DNA of 63,968 nt, counting the filler, from Malassezia furfur (lineage: Eukaryota), in the NCBI GenBank assembly GCA_052055015.1. It is 6 parts of 6 records of this genome, joined end to end, with 100 filler letters (N's around TTAATTAATTAA, not from the genome) between each part and the next. Parts side by side here need not be neighbours in the genome. Positions count along the whole stretch, not along the records: positions 44,978 to 56,049 come from JBQJIT010000372.1; 5 more parts are not named here. One strand, 5' to 3'. Positions 45,472 through 56,149 of this stretch are shown piece after piece (the stretch's first letter is position 1; each line of letters starts with the position of its first letter). The position numbers and the translations under genes were made by a program. The notes beneath the pieces were generated by a model. It saw only the letters and a program-made list of their open reading frames with translations. It did no database searches and was not told where the DNA came from.

Positions 45472-48400
45472 ATGGCCGAGCCCGAGTACGTCGCGTGGCG
45501 CGCACTAACGCAGCGCGAAGAAGCGCAAGCTGCACACGGACGCGGGGTCGTTCACCGACACGCTCGCGAGCCTCGCGGACACCGCGGATGACCGCGCCTT
45601 GTGTACGTTGGTGCGCCGCTCACGCAGTGGACCCCGAGTCGACGTGGCCGCGCCCGCCGCTCACGCCGCTCCAGCCGGACGAGGACGCGCTCGGTACGTG
45701 CGCCGCACGCGCTGACCCGCAGTGTTCCAGCAGATCGACGTCGAGGAGCACCAGCTGCCGCACGCGCCCCCGGAAATCCGCATGTACGGCACCACGAAGG
45801 AGGGGCACGCGGTGCTCGTGCATGTGCACGGCTTCCTGCCGTACTTTTACGTGAACGCCCCGCGCGGCTTCACGGCGGGCGCGTGTGCGGACCTGAAAAA
45901 CTACCTGAATGTGCGTGCCGCCGCTGACGCAGACCACGTTCGGCACGAACGCCGTCGCGGACGTCGCGCTCGTCAGCCGCAAGAACCTGATGCAGTACAC
46001 GGGCCCCGAGGACATTGCGTTTGTGCGCATCACCGCCGCGGACCTGCGCAGCTTCCCGCGGATACGAGATACGTACTCTGGCAGCGACTGACACCGCAGC
46101 ACGCTCGTTTGAGCGCGGCGAGATTGCGTTCCGCGACCTGTTTGTGCCGGGCGACGCGATGGTGTCGTTCGACAACGTGGTGTACACGCTGCGCTTCATG
46201 ATCGACCACGAGATCGTCGGGATGAACTGGATCGAGCTCAAGCCGGGGCACTACACGGTGCGCTCCGCAAACGCGTCCATCTCGCGGTGCCAGATCGAGG
46301 TGGACTGCAGCCCGGACGCGATCGTGTCGCATGCGCCCACGGGCGAGTGGCTCGCGCTCGCGCCGCTGCGCATCCTGAGCTTCGACATCGAGTGCGCCGG
46401 GCGCAAGGGCATCTTCCCGGACCCCGCGGTGGACCCCGTGATCCAGATCGCCAACATGGTCACGCGGCAGGGCGAGTCGCAGCCGTTCATCAAGAACATC
46501 TTTACGCTCGGGACGTGCTCGCACATCATGGGGTGCCATGTGATGTCGTTCGACAACGAGGCCGACCTGCTCGAGGCGTGGGCCGACTTTGTGCAGCGCG
46601 CGGACCCCGACATGGTGATCGGGTACAACCAGAGCAACTTCGACCTGCCCTACCTGATGGAGCGCGCGCGCGTGCTCAAGGCGAGCGCGTTCCCGTACCT
46701 CGGGCGCGAGCGCAACACACGCACCGAGGTCAAGGACACGCACTTCTCGTCGAAGGCGTACGGCACGCGCGACTCGAAGCACACCGAGATGCAGGGGCGC
46801 CTGCAGCTCGACATGCTGCAGGTGATGCAGCGCGACTACAAGCTGCGCAGCTACTCGCTCAACTCGGTCTCGTTCGAGTTCCTCAAGGAGCAGAAGGAGG
46901 ACGTGCACCACTCGCTCATCACCGAGCTGCAGAACGCCGGGCCCGAGGCGCGCCGCCGCCTCGCGGTGTACTGCCTGAAGGACGCGTATCTGCCGCAGCG
47001 CCTGCTCGACCGGCTGATGTGCTTCATCAACTACACCGAGATGGCGCGTGTGACGGGCGTGCCGTTCAACTACCTGCTCAGCCGCGGGCAGCAGATCAAG
47101 GTGGTCTCGCAGCTCTTCCGCAAGGCGCGCGAGGACGGCTACCTGATCCCCACGTACAAGGGCGACGGCGGCGACGAGCAGTACGAGGGCGCGACCGTGC
47201 TCGAGCCCAAGCAGGGCTACTACGACAAGCCGATCGCGACGCTCGACTTTGCGTCGCTGTACCCGTCGATCATGATGGCGCACAACCTGTGCTACACGAC
47301 GCTGCTCGACAAGCGCACCATCGAGCGCCTGCAGCTCGTCGAGGGGCGCGACTACGTCGTGACGCCCAACAACAACTACTTCGTCACCGCCGGCGTGCGC
47401 AAAGGCCTGCTCCCCACCGTGCTCGAGAACCTGCTCGCGGCGCGCAAAAAGGCCAAGGCGGACCTCAAGAAGGAGACCGACCCGCTCCGCCGCGCCGTGC
47501 TCGACGGCCGGCAGCTCGCGCTCAAGGTGAGCGCCAACTCGGTGTACGGCTTCACGGGCGCGACGGTCGGGCGCCTGCCGTGCCTCGAGATCTCGATGAG
47601 CGTCACCGCGTACGGCCGCCAGATGATCGAGGAGACCAAGTCGCAGGTCGAGCGGCACTACACCGTCGCGAACGGCTACGCGCACGACGCCGTGGTCATC
47701 TACGGCGACACCGACTCGGTCATGGTCAAGTTTGGCGTGAGCGAGCTCGCCGAGGCGATGCGCCTCGGCGCCGAGGCCGCCGAGCGCGTCTCCAAGGTAT
47801 TCACGGACCCGATCCGCCTCGAGTTCGAAAAGGTCTACTTCCCGTACCTGCTGATCAACAAGAAGCGCTACGCGGGCCTCTACTGGACGAACGCGGACCA
47901 CTTTGACAAGATGGACACCAAGGGCATCGAGACGGTGCGCCGCGACAACTGCCGCCTCGTGCGCACCGTCATCGAGACGTGCCTCCGCAAGATGCTCATC
48001 GACCGCGACGTGAGCGGCGCCGAGCGCTACGCAAAGCAGATGATCGCCGACCTGCTCCAGAACAAGGTCGACATGTCGCAGCTCGTCATCTCCAAGGCGC
48101 TTGCCAAGACGGACTACGCCGCGAAGCAGGCACACGTCGAGCTCGCCGAGCGCATGCGCAAGCGGGACGCAGGTTCCGCGCCGGCGCTCGGCGACCGCGT
48201 CGCCTACGTCATCGTCAAGGGCAGCAAGGGCAGCGCCGCGTACGAAAAGTCGGAGGACCCCCTGTACGCGCTCGAGCACAACATCCCCATCGACACGCGC
48301 TACTACCTCGAGAACCAGCTCGCCAAGCCGCTCCTGCGCATCTTCGAGCCGATCCTCGGCGCGCGCGCCAACTCGCTGCTCAACGGCGAGCACACGCGCA

Positions 48401-48744
48401 CGGTCCAGGTCGCCACCTCCAACGTCGGCGCGCTCATGAAGTTTGCCGTCAAGACGGTGCAGTGCCTCGGGTGCCGCACGCCGCTCAAGGACCAGAACGC
48501 GGCCGTGTGCAAGAACTGCAAGCCGCGCGAGACGGAGCTCTACTTTGAGAAGCTCGTGCGCGCCTCCGCGCTCGAAATCGAGTACAGCCGGCTCTGGACG
48601 TGCTGCCAGCGCTGCCAGGGCTCCCTGTCGCAGGACGTGCTGTGCTCCAACCAGGACTGCCCCATCTTCTTCCGGCGCAAGCGCGCCCAAAAGGACGCCG
48701 AGGACGCCGCACGCGTCGTGCAGCGCTTCGATACCGCCTGGTAG
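45472..48744 (+). CDS. POL3: DNA polymerase delta catalytic subunit
   Basis: [34 protein letters not shown], CysA/CysB motifs; introns 45486-513, 45603-27, 45694-722, 45911-32 and non-canonical 46069-46102. Confidence 0.98.
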
Positions 48745-48771
48745 CTAGCCTCTACATACCCCGCCTACCTA

Positions 48772-51144
48772 CTACGCCCGCCGCTTCTTGGCGTCGCGCG
48801 CACGCGCACGCGCGAGGATCGCCGCGTCCTCCTCCGCGTCAAACACGCTCGCGTCGGGCGCCGCGGGCGCCTCGGCCTTGCGCGCGCGCTTCGCCGGCGC
48901 CGGCGCCGCATCCGCCTCGGCGGCCGCGTCGACCGCGGCGGCCTCGGCCTCCTGGCGCCGCTTGGCGCCCTTGTTCGGCAGCTCCACCTTGAGCTTGCAC
49001 ACAAAGAACCCGTCGAGGTTGTGCGCGTGGGGGAAGATGCGGCGGCACAGCGGCATCTTTTCGTCAAACTTCTTCCCGCGGAACGACTTGAACCCGTCGC
49101 GCCCAAACTCGATGCCGGTCGGCACAATGCGCACGTTGGGGCGCTTGCGCAGCGCGTACTCGACCACCTCCTCGTTCTCCTCGACGGTGACCGAGCACGT
49201 GCTGTACACCACGTAGCCGCCCGTCTCCGACTTGGGGCTCACGCTGTCGATCGCGCACAGAATGAGCTGCTTCTGCAGCTGCGTGAGCAGGATAAAGTCC
49301 CGCTTCGACTTGTTCGTCTTCACGCTCGGGTCCTTGCTCACCACACCCGTGCCCGAGCACGGCGAGTCGAGCATCACACGGTCAAAGCCGCCCATCACCT
49401 TGGGGAACTGGCGCCCATCGTAGTTGCACACCACCACGTTGCGGCACCCCATGCGGTGGATGTTGGCCGTGAGACTCTTGATGCGCGCCTTGTTGCTGTC
49501 GTTCGCAAACACACAGCCCGTGTTTTGCATGAGCGCCGACAGGTACGTCACCTTGCCGCCGGGCGCACTCGCCATGTCCAGCACACGCTCGCCGGGCTGC
49601 GGCGCAAGCGCAATGCACGGCAGGAAGGACGACACCGCCTGCAGCATATAGTCGCCCACCAGATACTCGGGCGTCGCACCGATCGGCACGGGGCTCTCAA
49701 AGATCTGCAGCCCGACCTTGCTCCACGCACCCACCGGCTCAAGGCTCACGCCGCGGTTGATCAGCTTCTGCGCCAGGTCGCGACGCCGCGTCTTGAGCGT
49801 GTTGACACGGATCGTCACGGGACGCGGCACCTCGTTCGCCTCGAAGAACTCGATCGCCTCCTCAGGCGCAAACAGCTCCAGGAACATGTTGGCCAGGTAC
49901 TCGTTGTAGCCATAGTACCGCTGCACGTCCTTCGACAAGCGGTCCATGTAGTCCGCGCGCGACTTGCCCGGCTCGCCCAGACGCGGCAAGTCGCTCAGAA
50001 TCTTGGCCACCTCCCGGATCCGCATCTGCACGAGTTGCAGGTCGAGGGGCGCACGCTCCTCCTCTTCCTCCTCCTCGACCGTCGGCAGCAGGAATCCGCT
50101 CTCGCCCTCGTCGTCCTCGCCCTCAAGGTCGTCGTCACTGCCCTCCAGGTCGTCCGCGTCCTCGTCGTCCAGACCCTCGGCATCCAGGTCGTCCTCGCCC
50201 ATCTCGTCCGAGGGGATATCACTGCCTTGCACGTCGTCACTGTCGAACTCGTCGTCAGGCAGGTCCTCCTCGACGTCCTCTTCGGCATCCTCGAGACCGG
50301 CAAGGCCCGCGTCCTGCACGTCGTCGCCTTGCGTACGTGCCTCATCGTCGTCGTCCGACACTTCCTCGTCGTCCGACGCCTCCTCGTCGTCCTCCTCGAC
50401 TTCGTCAACCGAGTAGCCGTGGCTCTTGAGCAGCTCCTCGAGGCGCTCGGCCTCGGCACGGAGCTTCCTCTTTTGGCGCTCGGTGAGCTGCTTGCCTTTA
50501 GGAAGACCAAGCGACGCCAGCACATTGTCAACCGAGTAGTCCTCGGCGGGGGTGTCTTGGGCATTCCGCTTGGACGCCAGCGCCTTGGCATTCTTCGGAG
50601 GAGCAGCAGCCCGCTGTTCTTCTTCCTCTTCGTCGTCCTCGTCCTCTTCGTCGTCGTCGTCGTCGTCGTCCTCGTCAACGTCGACGTCGTCCTCGTCGTC
50701 TTCCTCCTCATCCTCATCCTCCTCGCTATCATCGATGTCAAACTCGTCACTGTCGCCGCCGCCCCACTCCATCGCGTCCTCGAGATTATCCTCCGACGCA
50801 AAGGTGTCGGGCTGCTTCGTCACCTTGGCCTTTGGCACAGACGCCTTCTTGCCAGGCTTTTGTGGGGGCGGCGCGGCCGCCTTACCGGGCTTTTGCATCG
50901 CCTGCGGCGCAGCCTTCTTCTGCGTCGCCGGCGCCGCGGTCGGCTTCGTCACGGCCGGACGTTTCGCGTCTTCGGCACGGACCTCTTGCTTGGCGCGCTT
51001 CGCTGGCACACCAGTCGCGCGCGGAGCATCCTTAGCCGGTGCCCGTGAGACCGCCTTGGATGACGGTGCCTTGTTCTCGCGCTTGGGCTTGGACTCCGCC
51101 AGCGGCTGCGGAGGTGCCTGCTTGTTCTTTGCGCGGCGTCCCAT
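48772..51144 (-). CDS. NOP2: 25S rRNA m5C methyltransferase Nop2
   Basis: Basic/acidic nucleolar N-terminus; IGATPEYL, LDMASAPGGK, DSPCSGTG, VYSTCS. Confidence 0.97.
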   Translation of the reverse strand: MGRRAKNKQAPPQPLAESKPKRENKAPSSKAVSRAPAKDAPRATGVPAKRAKQEVRAEDAKRPAVTKPTAAPATQKKAAPQAMQKPGKAAAPPPQKPGKKASVPKAKVTKQPDTFASEDNLEDAMEWGGGDSDEFDIDDSEEDEDEEEDDEDDVDVDEDDDDDDDEEDEDDEEEEEQRAAAPPKNAKALASKRNAQDTPAEDYSVDNVLASLGLPKGKQLTERQKRKLRAEAERLEELLKSHGYSVDEVEEDDEEASDDEEVSDDDDEARTQGDDVQDAGLAGLEDAEEDVEEDLPDDEFDSDDVQGSDIPSDEMGEDDLDAEGLDDEDADDLEGSDDDLEGEDDEGESGFLLPTVEEEEEEERAPLDLQLVQMRIREVAKILSDLPRLGEPGKSRADYMDRLSKDVQRYYGYNEYLANMFLELFAPEEAIEFFEANEVPRPVTIRVNTLKTRRRDLAQKLINRGVSLEPVGAWSKVGLQIFESPVPIGATPEYLVGDYMLQAVSSFLPCIALAPQPGERVLDMASAPGGKVTYLSALMQNTGCVFANDSNKARIKSLTANIHRMGCRNVVVCNYDGRQFPKVMGGFDRVMLDSPCSGTGVVSKDPSVKTNKSKRDFILLTQLQKQLILCAIDSVSPKSETGGYVVYSTCSVTVEENEEVVEYALRKRPNVRIVPTGIEFGRDGFKSFRGKKFDEKMPLCRRIFPHAHNLDGFFVCKLKVELPNKGAKRRQEAEAAAVDAAAEADAAPAPAKRARKAEAPAAPDASVFDAEEDAAILARARARDAKKRRA

Positions 51145-51252
51145 CGTGCAGGGAACAAATCGAACGCGGCGCCCGCAAAAAAAATGTGGACGCCACGTGA
51201 TTGCGTGGCAAGCGAGTTCGTGTTGGCTGGTTGGGTGGGGTGGGGGAGGTAA

Positions 51253-52302
51253 CTACGAGTACAACTGGCGAATACCGGAGGCCGGGGGTTTCTGGGGCGA
51301 CGAGTGGGTCGGGAAAGATCGTGTCCGTTTCGTAGGCGGGTAGTCGATAACGTCATTGTGGATAGGGGAAAACTTCGTGCCTTCTTGGGGTGGCCCACTG
51401 TCCGAGCGAGCGTAGAGGGTCTCACGTTCCTCGGAGAGGGTCTTTTCGCTGCGCGACTGCACGAGACATAGACGCTGTGCCCAGTAGTCGGCGCGATCGA
51501 CCACGTCGCCAATAACATGGGCTACTTTGCGGAGGATGTCGAGCGACTCGACCGCCAGTGTGAGGATCATGGTCGCTGCCTCTTCGGCACATACGCATGA
51601 TCTGGTATGAGGGCTGGTGGAGCCATTGGTATTTGGGTTCGTGTCTCTCGCTTTGAGCATCGCGAGTTTTTGTCCACACGACGTAGGAAGGCTCAGAATA
51701 CACTGGCGTACGAGCTTGCATGCGCTCTCTGGCAGCACATCGCTCGCATAGCTGCTTGCCACATTGATGACCGAGCGGATGTTGTTGGCGATATCGTGCT
51801 GAATTTGTGCGAGCTGGTGTGTGACGGGCGAGACGACGGTGCGGGGCTGCTCGCGGAACTCGGCGATCATGGCGCGGAGGACCACAATATGGTGCTCAGT
51901 GTGTGCGATGGTATACTGGAGCCATGTAATGCAGTATTTGAGGCGGCGGCGGCCCTCATAGCTTATCGCCAAGCTCAGTCCGCTGGCGGTGCTGCCGAGG
52001 TCGAGCAGCATGGATGTCCACGATGACGAGGCGCGGGCCTGTGCCGGCTCGCGTGGGGCCGGCAGCGGATCTGGGGGTGGCATCGTGCGTGCCTGGGACG
52101 TGTACCATGGACGGGCGGCAAGGCGGTTGCGCAGGCTGCTGGGCATGCCTGGCCATGGGGCCAGCTCTGGTTCGACGATACGTCGAGTTCCAGCGACTCC
52201 TGCGGTGCTAGACAGTTTCTGCCGCTCTGGATCAAGGCTTGCCTCATGTGGCGGCAGCGGGCTTGACTCCTGCTCATTCCAAGCACGTTTACGGCTCGAC
52301 AT
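51253..52302 (-). CDS. OPI1: Opi1-domain transcriptional regulator
   Basis: RLKYCITWLQY, VINVASSYASDVLPESA..VRQCILSLP, ILTLAVESLDIL, DRADYW match the Opi1 family pattern. Confidence 0.75.
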   Translation of the reverse strand: MSSRKRAWNEQESSPLPPHEASLDPERQKLSSTAGVAGTRRIVEPELAPWPGMPSSLRNRLAARPWYTSQARTMPPPDPLPAPREPAQARASSSWTSMLLDLGSTASGLSLAISYEGRRRLKYCITWLQYTIAHTEHHIVVLRAMIAEFREQPRTVVSPVTHQLAQIQHDIANNIRSVINVASSYASDVLPESACKLVRQCILSLPTSCGQKLAMLKARDTNPNTNGSTSPHTRSCVCAEEAATMILTLAVESLDILRKVAHVIGDVVDRADYWAQRLCLVQSRSEKTLSEERETLYARSDSGPPQEGTKFSPIHNDVIDYPPTKRTRSFPTHSSPQKPPASGIRQLYS

Positions 52303-52455
52303 GGTGCGGACCGCAGAGCAGCGCGGAGAAAGCCACAATTAGCGCCCACGGCGTGCAGGGTCGCGCCTAAATTACGCCCATGTTGGGCAACGTGACTTGA
52401 TCGGGCGGTGCCCGATCCCGTGGGGTTGGGGCGGCGTGGCAAGTGTGGGTGGTGG

Positions 52456-55400
52456 CTATGGTGCGTTCGCTTGGTGCAGGCGAACAGAGTATACAGAGGA
52501 GTCTCCAACAAATACAATGTGGTTGCGGCTCGCCAGCACCGACTCCATGACGGGGTTGTGGGGCTTAGGCGACGAGGTGCCGGACGTGGCGGACTGCATG
52601 CTGTACCCCGAGATCGAGGGGCGCTGCATCCCCGTCACGCTCGGTGCGAAGCTGTTGGCGTACGGCGAGCCCGGCACGCCCGTGGACACGGACGGGGGCG
52701 AGCCCGGCAAGTTCGCGTACATGAGCGAGCCGGACGGGCTCGCGACGAAGCCCGAGTCGATCGATGCGGGGCTGAAGGGGCCGGCTGCGCCCGGTGCGGC
52801 GAACGAATTCATCGGGACGCGCGCGGGGTACATGGGCTTGGCGTGTGCGCGCGAGCCGAGTGCGCCACGCGACGTGCTGGGCGACGCATTGATCGAGTCG
52901 GCAAAGATGCACTGCAGGTTGTGGCCGGTAATCACCTGGTGCAGGACGCCGGTCTCGACGTGGCGCACCTCGATGAAGCTCGGCTCGAAGGCGAGCACGT
53001 AGGGGTGGTGGAGCGCGAACGAGGTCGGGTGGCCCTCCCAGTGGATGATCCAGTTGCCCTTGGCGCGCCACCCGTTTTTGTTGACGTAGAAGGCGAACTC
53101 GTTGTAGCACAAGAGGAACTCGCCCTCGATGCGGTAGATGGCGATCGGCTTGAGGTTTTCGCGACGCTGCACAAACTCGAGCGAGGCGTCCGCGGGGTCG
53201 AGGAGCCCCTGCGTGTCGAGTGTCTCGAGGTCGACGATTTCGAAGCCCTTGGTGGTGCCGATGCACAGCTTCGACTTGAGGAAGTGGATCGAGCTCGACT
53301 CGGTGGGGATGTAGAACTCCTTGAAGACGCGCAGCGAGTCCTGGCCGCCCTGGAGCAGCTTGCGGAACGTGGGCTGCTTCTTGACGCGCATGTCGCGCTC
53401 GATCGGCTCGAGCGTCTTGATCGTCGACGACACGGGCCCCGACTTGACGACGCACACGAGCGTGCGCCCGAGGCACACGCCCGCGCGGAAGAAGGTGGTG
53501 TGCGACGAGATGCGGCGCCCGCGCTTGAGCGAGCCGACCGGGTCCGCCGGGTCGAGCGCGTCGAGCGTAAAGGTGTACACGGACTGCTCGGCGAGCACGA
53601 TGAGGATCTGGTACTCCTCGAGCACGTCCACCTGTGTGACGCCCGGCAGCGGGAGCACCTTGGCGGGGGCGCGTGCGTCGGCGCGGAGGTCGGAGAGGTA
53701 TACGCCGTCGCCGCGGCCGTAGAGGATCTGGCGGCCGAAGTCGAACGGCACCGCACACGTGATGCGGTTCTGCGGCGTGTCGAGCAGCTGCGACAGGGGC
53801 ACCACGTCGAAGATCTGGCTGCGCTCGCGCAGCATCGCCTGGCGCGCCTCGATGTGCTCGAACCACTTGGTGCGGCTGACGTACGTGCTGGCCCACAGCG
53901 TGAGCGAGTAGCCCTTTCGGCCGAGGTACGTAAAGGTGATCGCAAAGCCCGTCTTGGCGTCCTGCTTGGACGTCGGCTGCCCGGGCGACGGGCCGAGGCT
54001 CACGCGCTTGCCGATCGACGAGCGCGACATGACCGACTTGATGCGCGACGAGGCGTTCTTGCCCGTGGGCACCTCCTCGTACACGGTGGCCTGCAGCAGC
54101 TCGAGCGGGATCGGCTTGCGGTACACCTTCTCGAGCTCGTTCTTGTGCACGATCTTGTGCTTGACCATGAGCAGCGCGTGGTCGAACAGGTACACGTGGA
54201 TGTCGGCGTTGTCGCTCTGCGTGCCGCTGCGCTTCTTGAGCGTGCCCTTGAACACCAGCTCGCGGTTCTCGTCGCGCAGGCGCAGGTCGACCGTCTCGCC
54301 CGGCTTGAACACGAGGCGGTCGCTCAGCTGCGAGATCTGCAGGCGGTTCTCGTTGCGCCCCGTCTCGTCGTTGACGCGGCTCAGCAGCGCCTTGATCTTC
54401 TGGATCGCCACCGGGAGCAGCACCTTGTCGGGGCTGTCGTCGTCGGTGTACTTGAGCACCTGCTCAAAGAGCAGCGGATACCGCGCGAGGCGCGTCGTCG
54501 GCTTCGTCAGGTAGCCGTTCAGCTCGAGCTTGCGCGAGGCCGCCTTGCGCTCCGTGTCCGCGACAAACAGCGCAAAGAACGGATTCGTCGCCTTCTCCGA
54601 CTCGAGCCGGAGCCGCGCATGCATCTGGTTTGCGCCGTACGTCACGTACGGCACAAACTGGTCCACCATGTCGAGGTAGATGTCGCCGATGCACTCGACC
54701 ACCGCGCGCTGCTTCTGCCGGCGCGTCAGCAGCTCCGCGACGCGCTGGTTCACCGCGAGGATCTCGGGCAGGTTCTGGAACAGCACCTGCACAAACTCGG
54801 CGCGCTGCGGCCGCGCAATGATGTGCTGCGTGCTCAGCGGCTGCAGCCAGTAGTCCCGCACGTACTCGAGGTCGTGCACGTAGCCGCGCTCCGTCGCAAT
54901 CACCTCAAAGATCACCTCCTGCCGCTTCCGCTCGCGCTCCGGCACACTGTCGTACACCTCGCGCGGCACCGACTCCGCCCACAGCTGGCTCGTGATGTCG
55001 ACGCCGCCCTCGGCGTGCGCCGCTTGCTCGGCGGCCGCCGGCGTGTGCGGCGTCGACGCGCCCTGGCTCTCGAGGTGCCGGGGACACGCAATGCTGTAGC
55101 ACGGCCGGCTCCGCGTGCACGTCGGGCTGTAGCACGGCGTGAGCAGCGTAAAGACGCCCGTCGGCAGCGGCAGCTCGGGGCGCGCGCCCACTCCGCCGCC
55201 ACCGCCTGCGCCACGCACTTCGTCGTCGTCCAGCACGCGGCTGTCGTCGTCGAGCGAGTACTGCGTTGCGTCGGGGTCCTCGCCGTCGCGCACGCGCTTC
55301 GACAGCGGCGTCAGGCCGCCCGCGAAGCCCACACTCAGATCGCGCACGGACCCATGGCTCCGGATCGACGAGCGCGACGAGTGCACGAGCGAGTCGTTCG

Positions 55401-56049
55401 CCGCTGCGTCGCCCGCGTCGTCCAGCACACCGCCGGCCGGCACGGGCGCACACGTAAACTGGTACAGCTCATTCGGCGAGTCGCGCAGCCGGTGGTCGTA
55501 CGTCACGTCGTGGAACAGCTTCTGCGCGTCCAGCGCACGGCCCAGCAGCAGCGCCAGGTTGCGGTCGTTTGTGCGCGCGATCGCCGCGAGCTTGTCCACC
55601 GCCTGTCGCCCGTCGAACGCGTTTACGTACGCCAGCCCGTGCTTGGTCAGCTCGCCCGTCGTGATGCGCTCCACAAACGCACGCGCCACCTCGGACAGCA
55701 GCGCAGGGTGCTGCGCCACTCCGCGCCGCGCACGCATGCGCGCCACACTCGTCCGGCTGCTGTGCCGCGCAGGCGCGCCGCGGGGGTGCAGCGACGCGTG
55801 CGAGCTCTTGTGCGACAGCAGCGACGCCGCATCGCTCGCCGCCACCGGCGCCGTCGGCGAAGTGGGCCGCGACGGCCACACTTCGCTCCCGCTGCTCCGC
55901 GCACCCGACGTGCGCACGCCAGCACGCCCGTCGTGCCCCGTGCCGGCACGCACCGGCAGCGCGTCCCACTCACTCGCATGGAGCGCACGTGCGTCCTCGC
56001 CGAGCTCGGTGGTCGGCGCCGCCTACCACGGCAGCGGCGGCGGCGCCCC
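52456..56049 (-). CDS. ROM2: Rho1 GEF Rom1/Rom2 (DEP-DH-PH-CNH), 5' truncated
   Basis: AFDGRQAVD, LFHDVTYDHRLRDS, RQEVIFEVIATE, LTKPTTRLARYPL, FKEFYIP. Confidence 0.96.
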
Positions 56050-56149
56050 NNNNNNNNNNNNNNNNNNNNNNNNNNNNNNNNNNNNNNNNNNNNTTAATTA
56101 ATTAANNNNNNNNNNNNNNNNNNNNNNNNNNNNNNNNNNNNNNNNNNNN

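Noticed and set aside
50040..50760. TCG/TCC trinucleotide-rich tracts
   Set aside because: They encode the ordinary Asp/Glu-rich nucleolar N-terminus of Nop2
51150..52450. Moderately lower GC around the Opi1-like gene as a second or dead centromere
   Set aside because: No AT core; the region is almost entirely coding, and weaker codon bias explains it
11159..56149. Regularly spaced TTAATTAATTAA elements about every 11.2 kb
   Set aside because: Artificial linkers. Contig lengths fall monotonically (11150, 11144, 11125, 11072 bp), indicating size-sorted concatenation, so there is no biological periodicity or cross-linker synteny.
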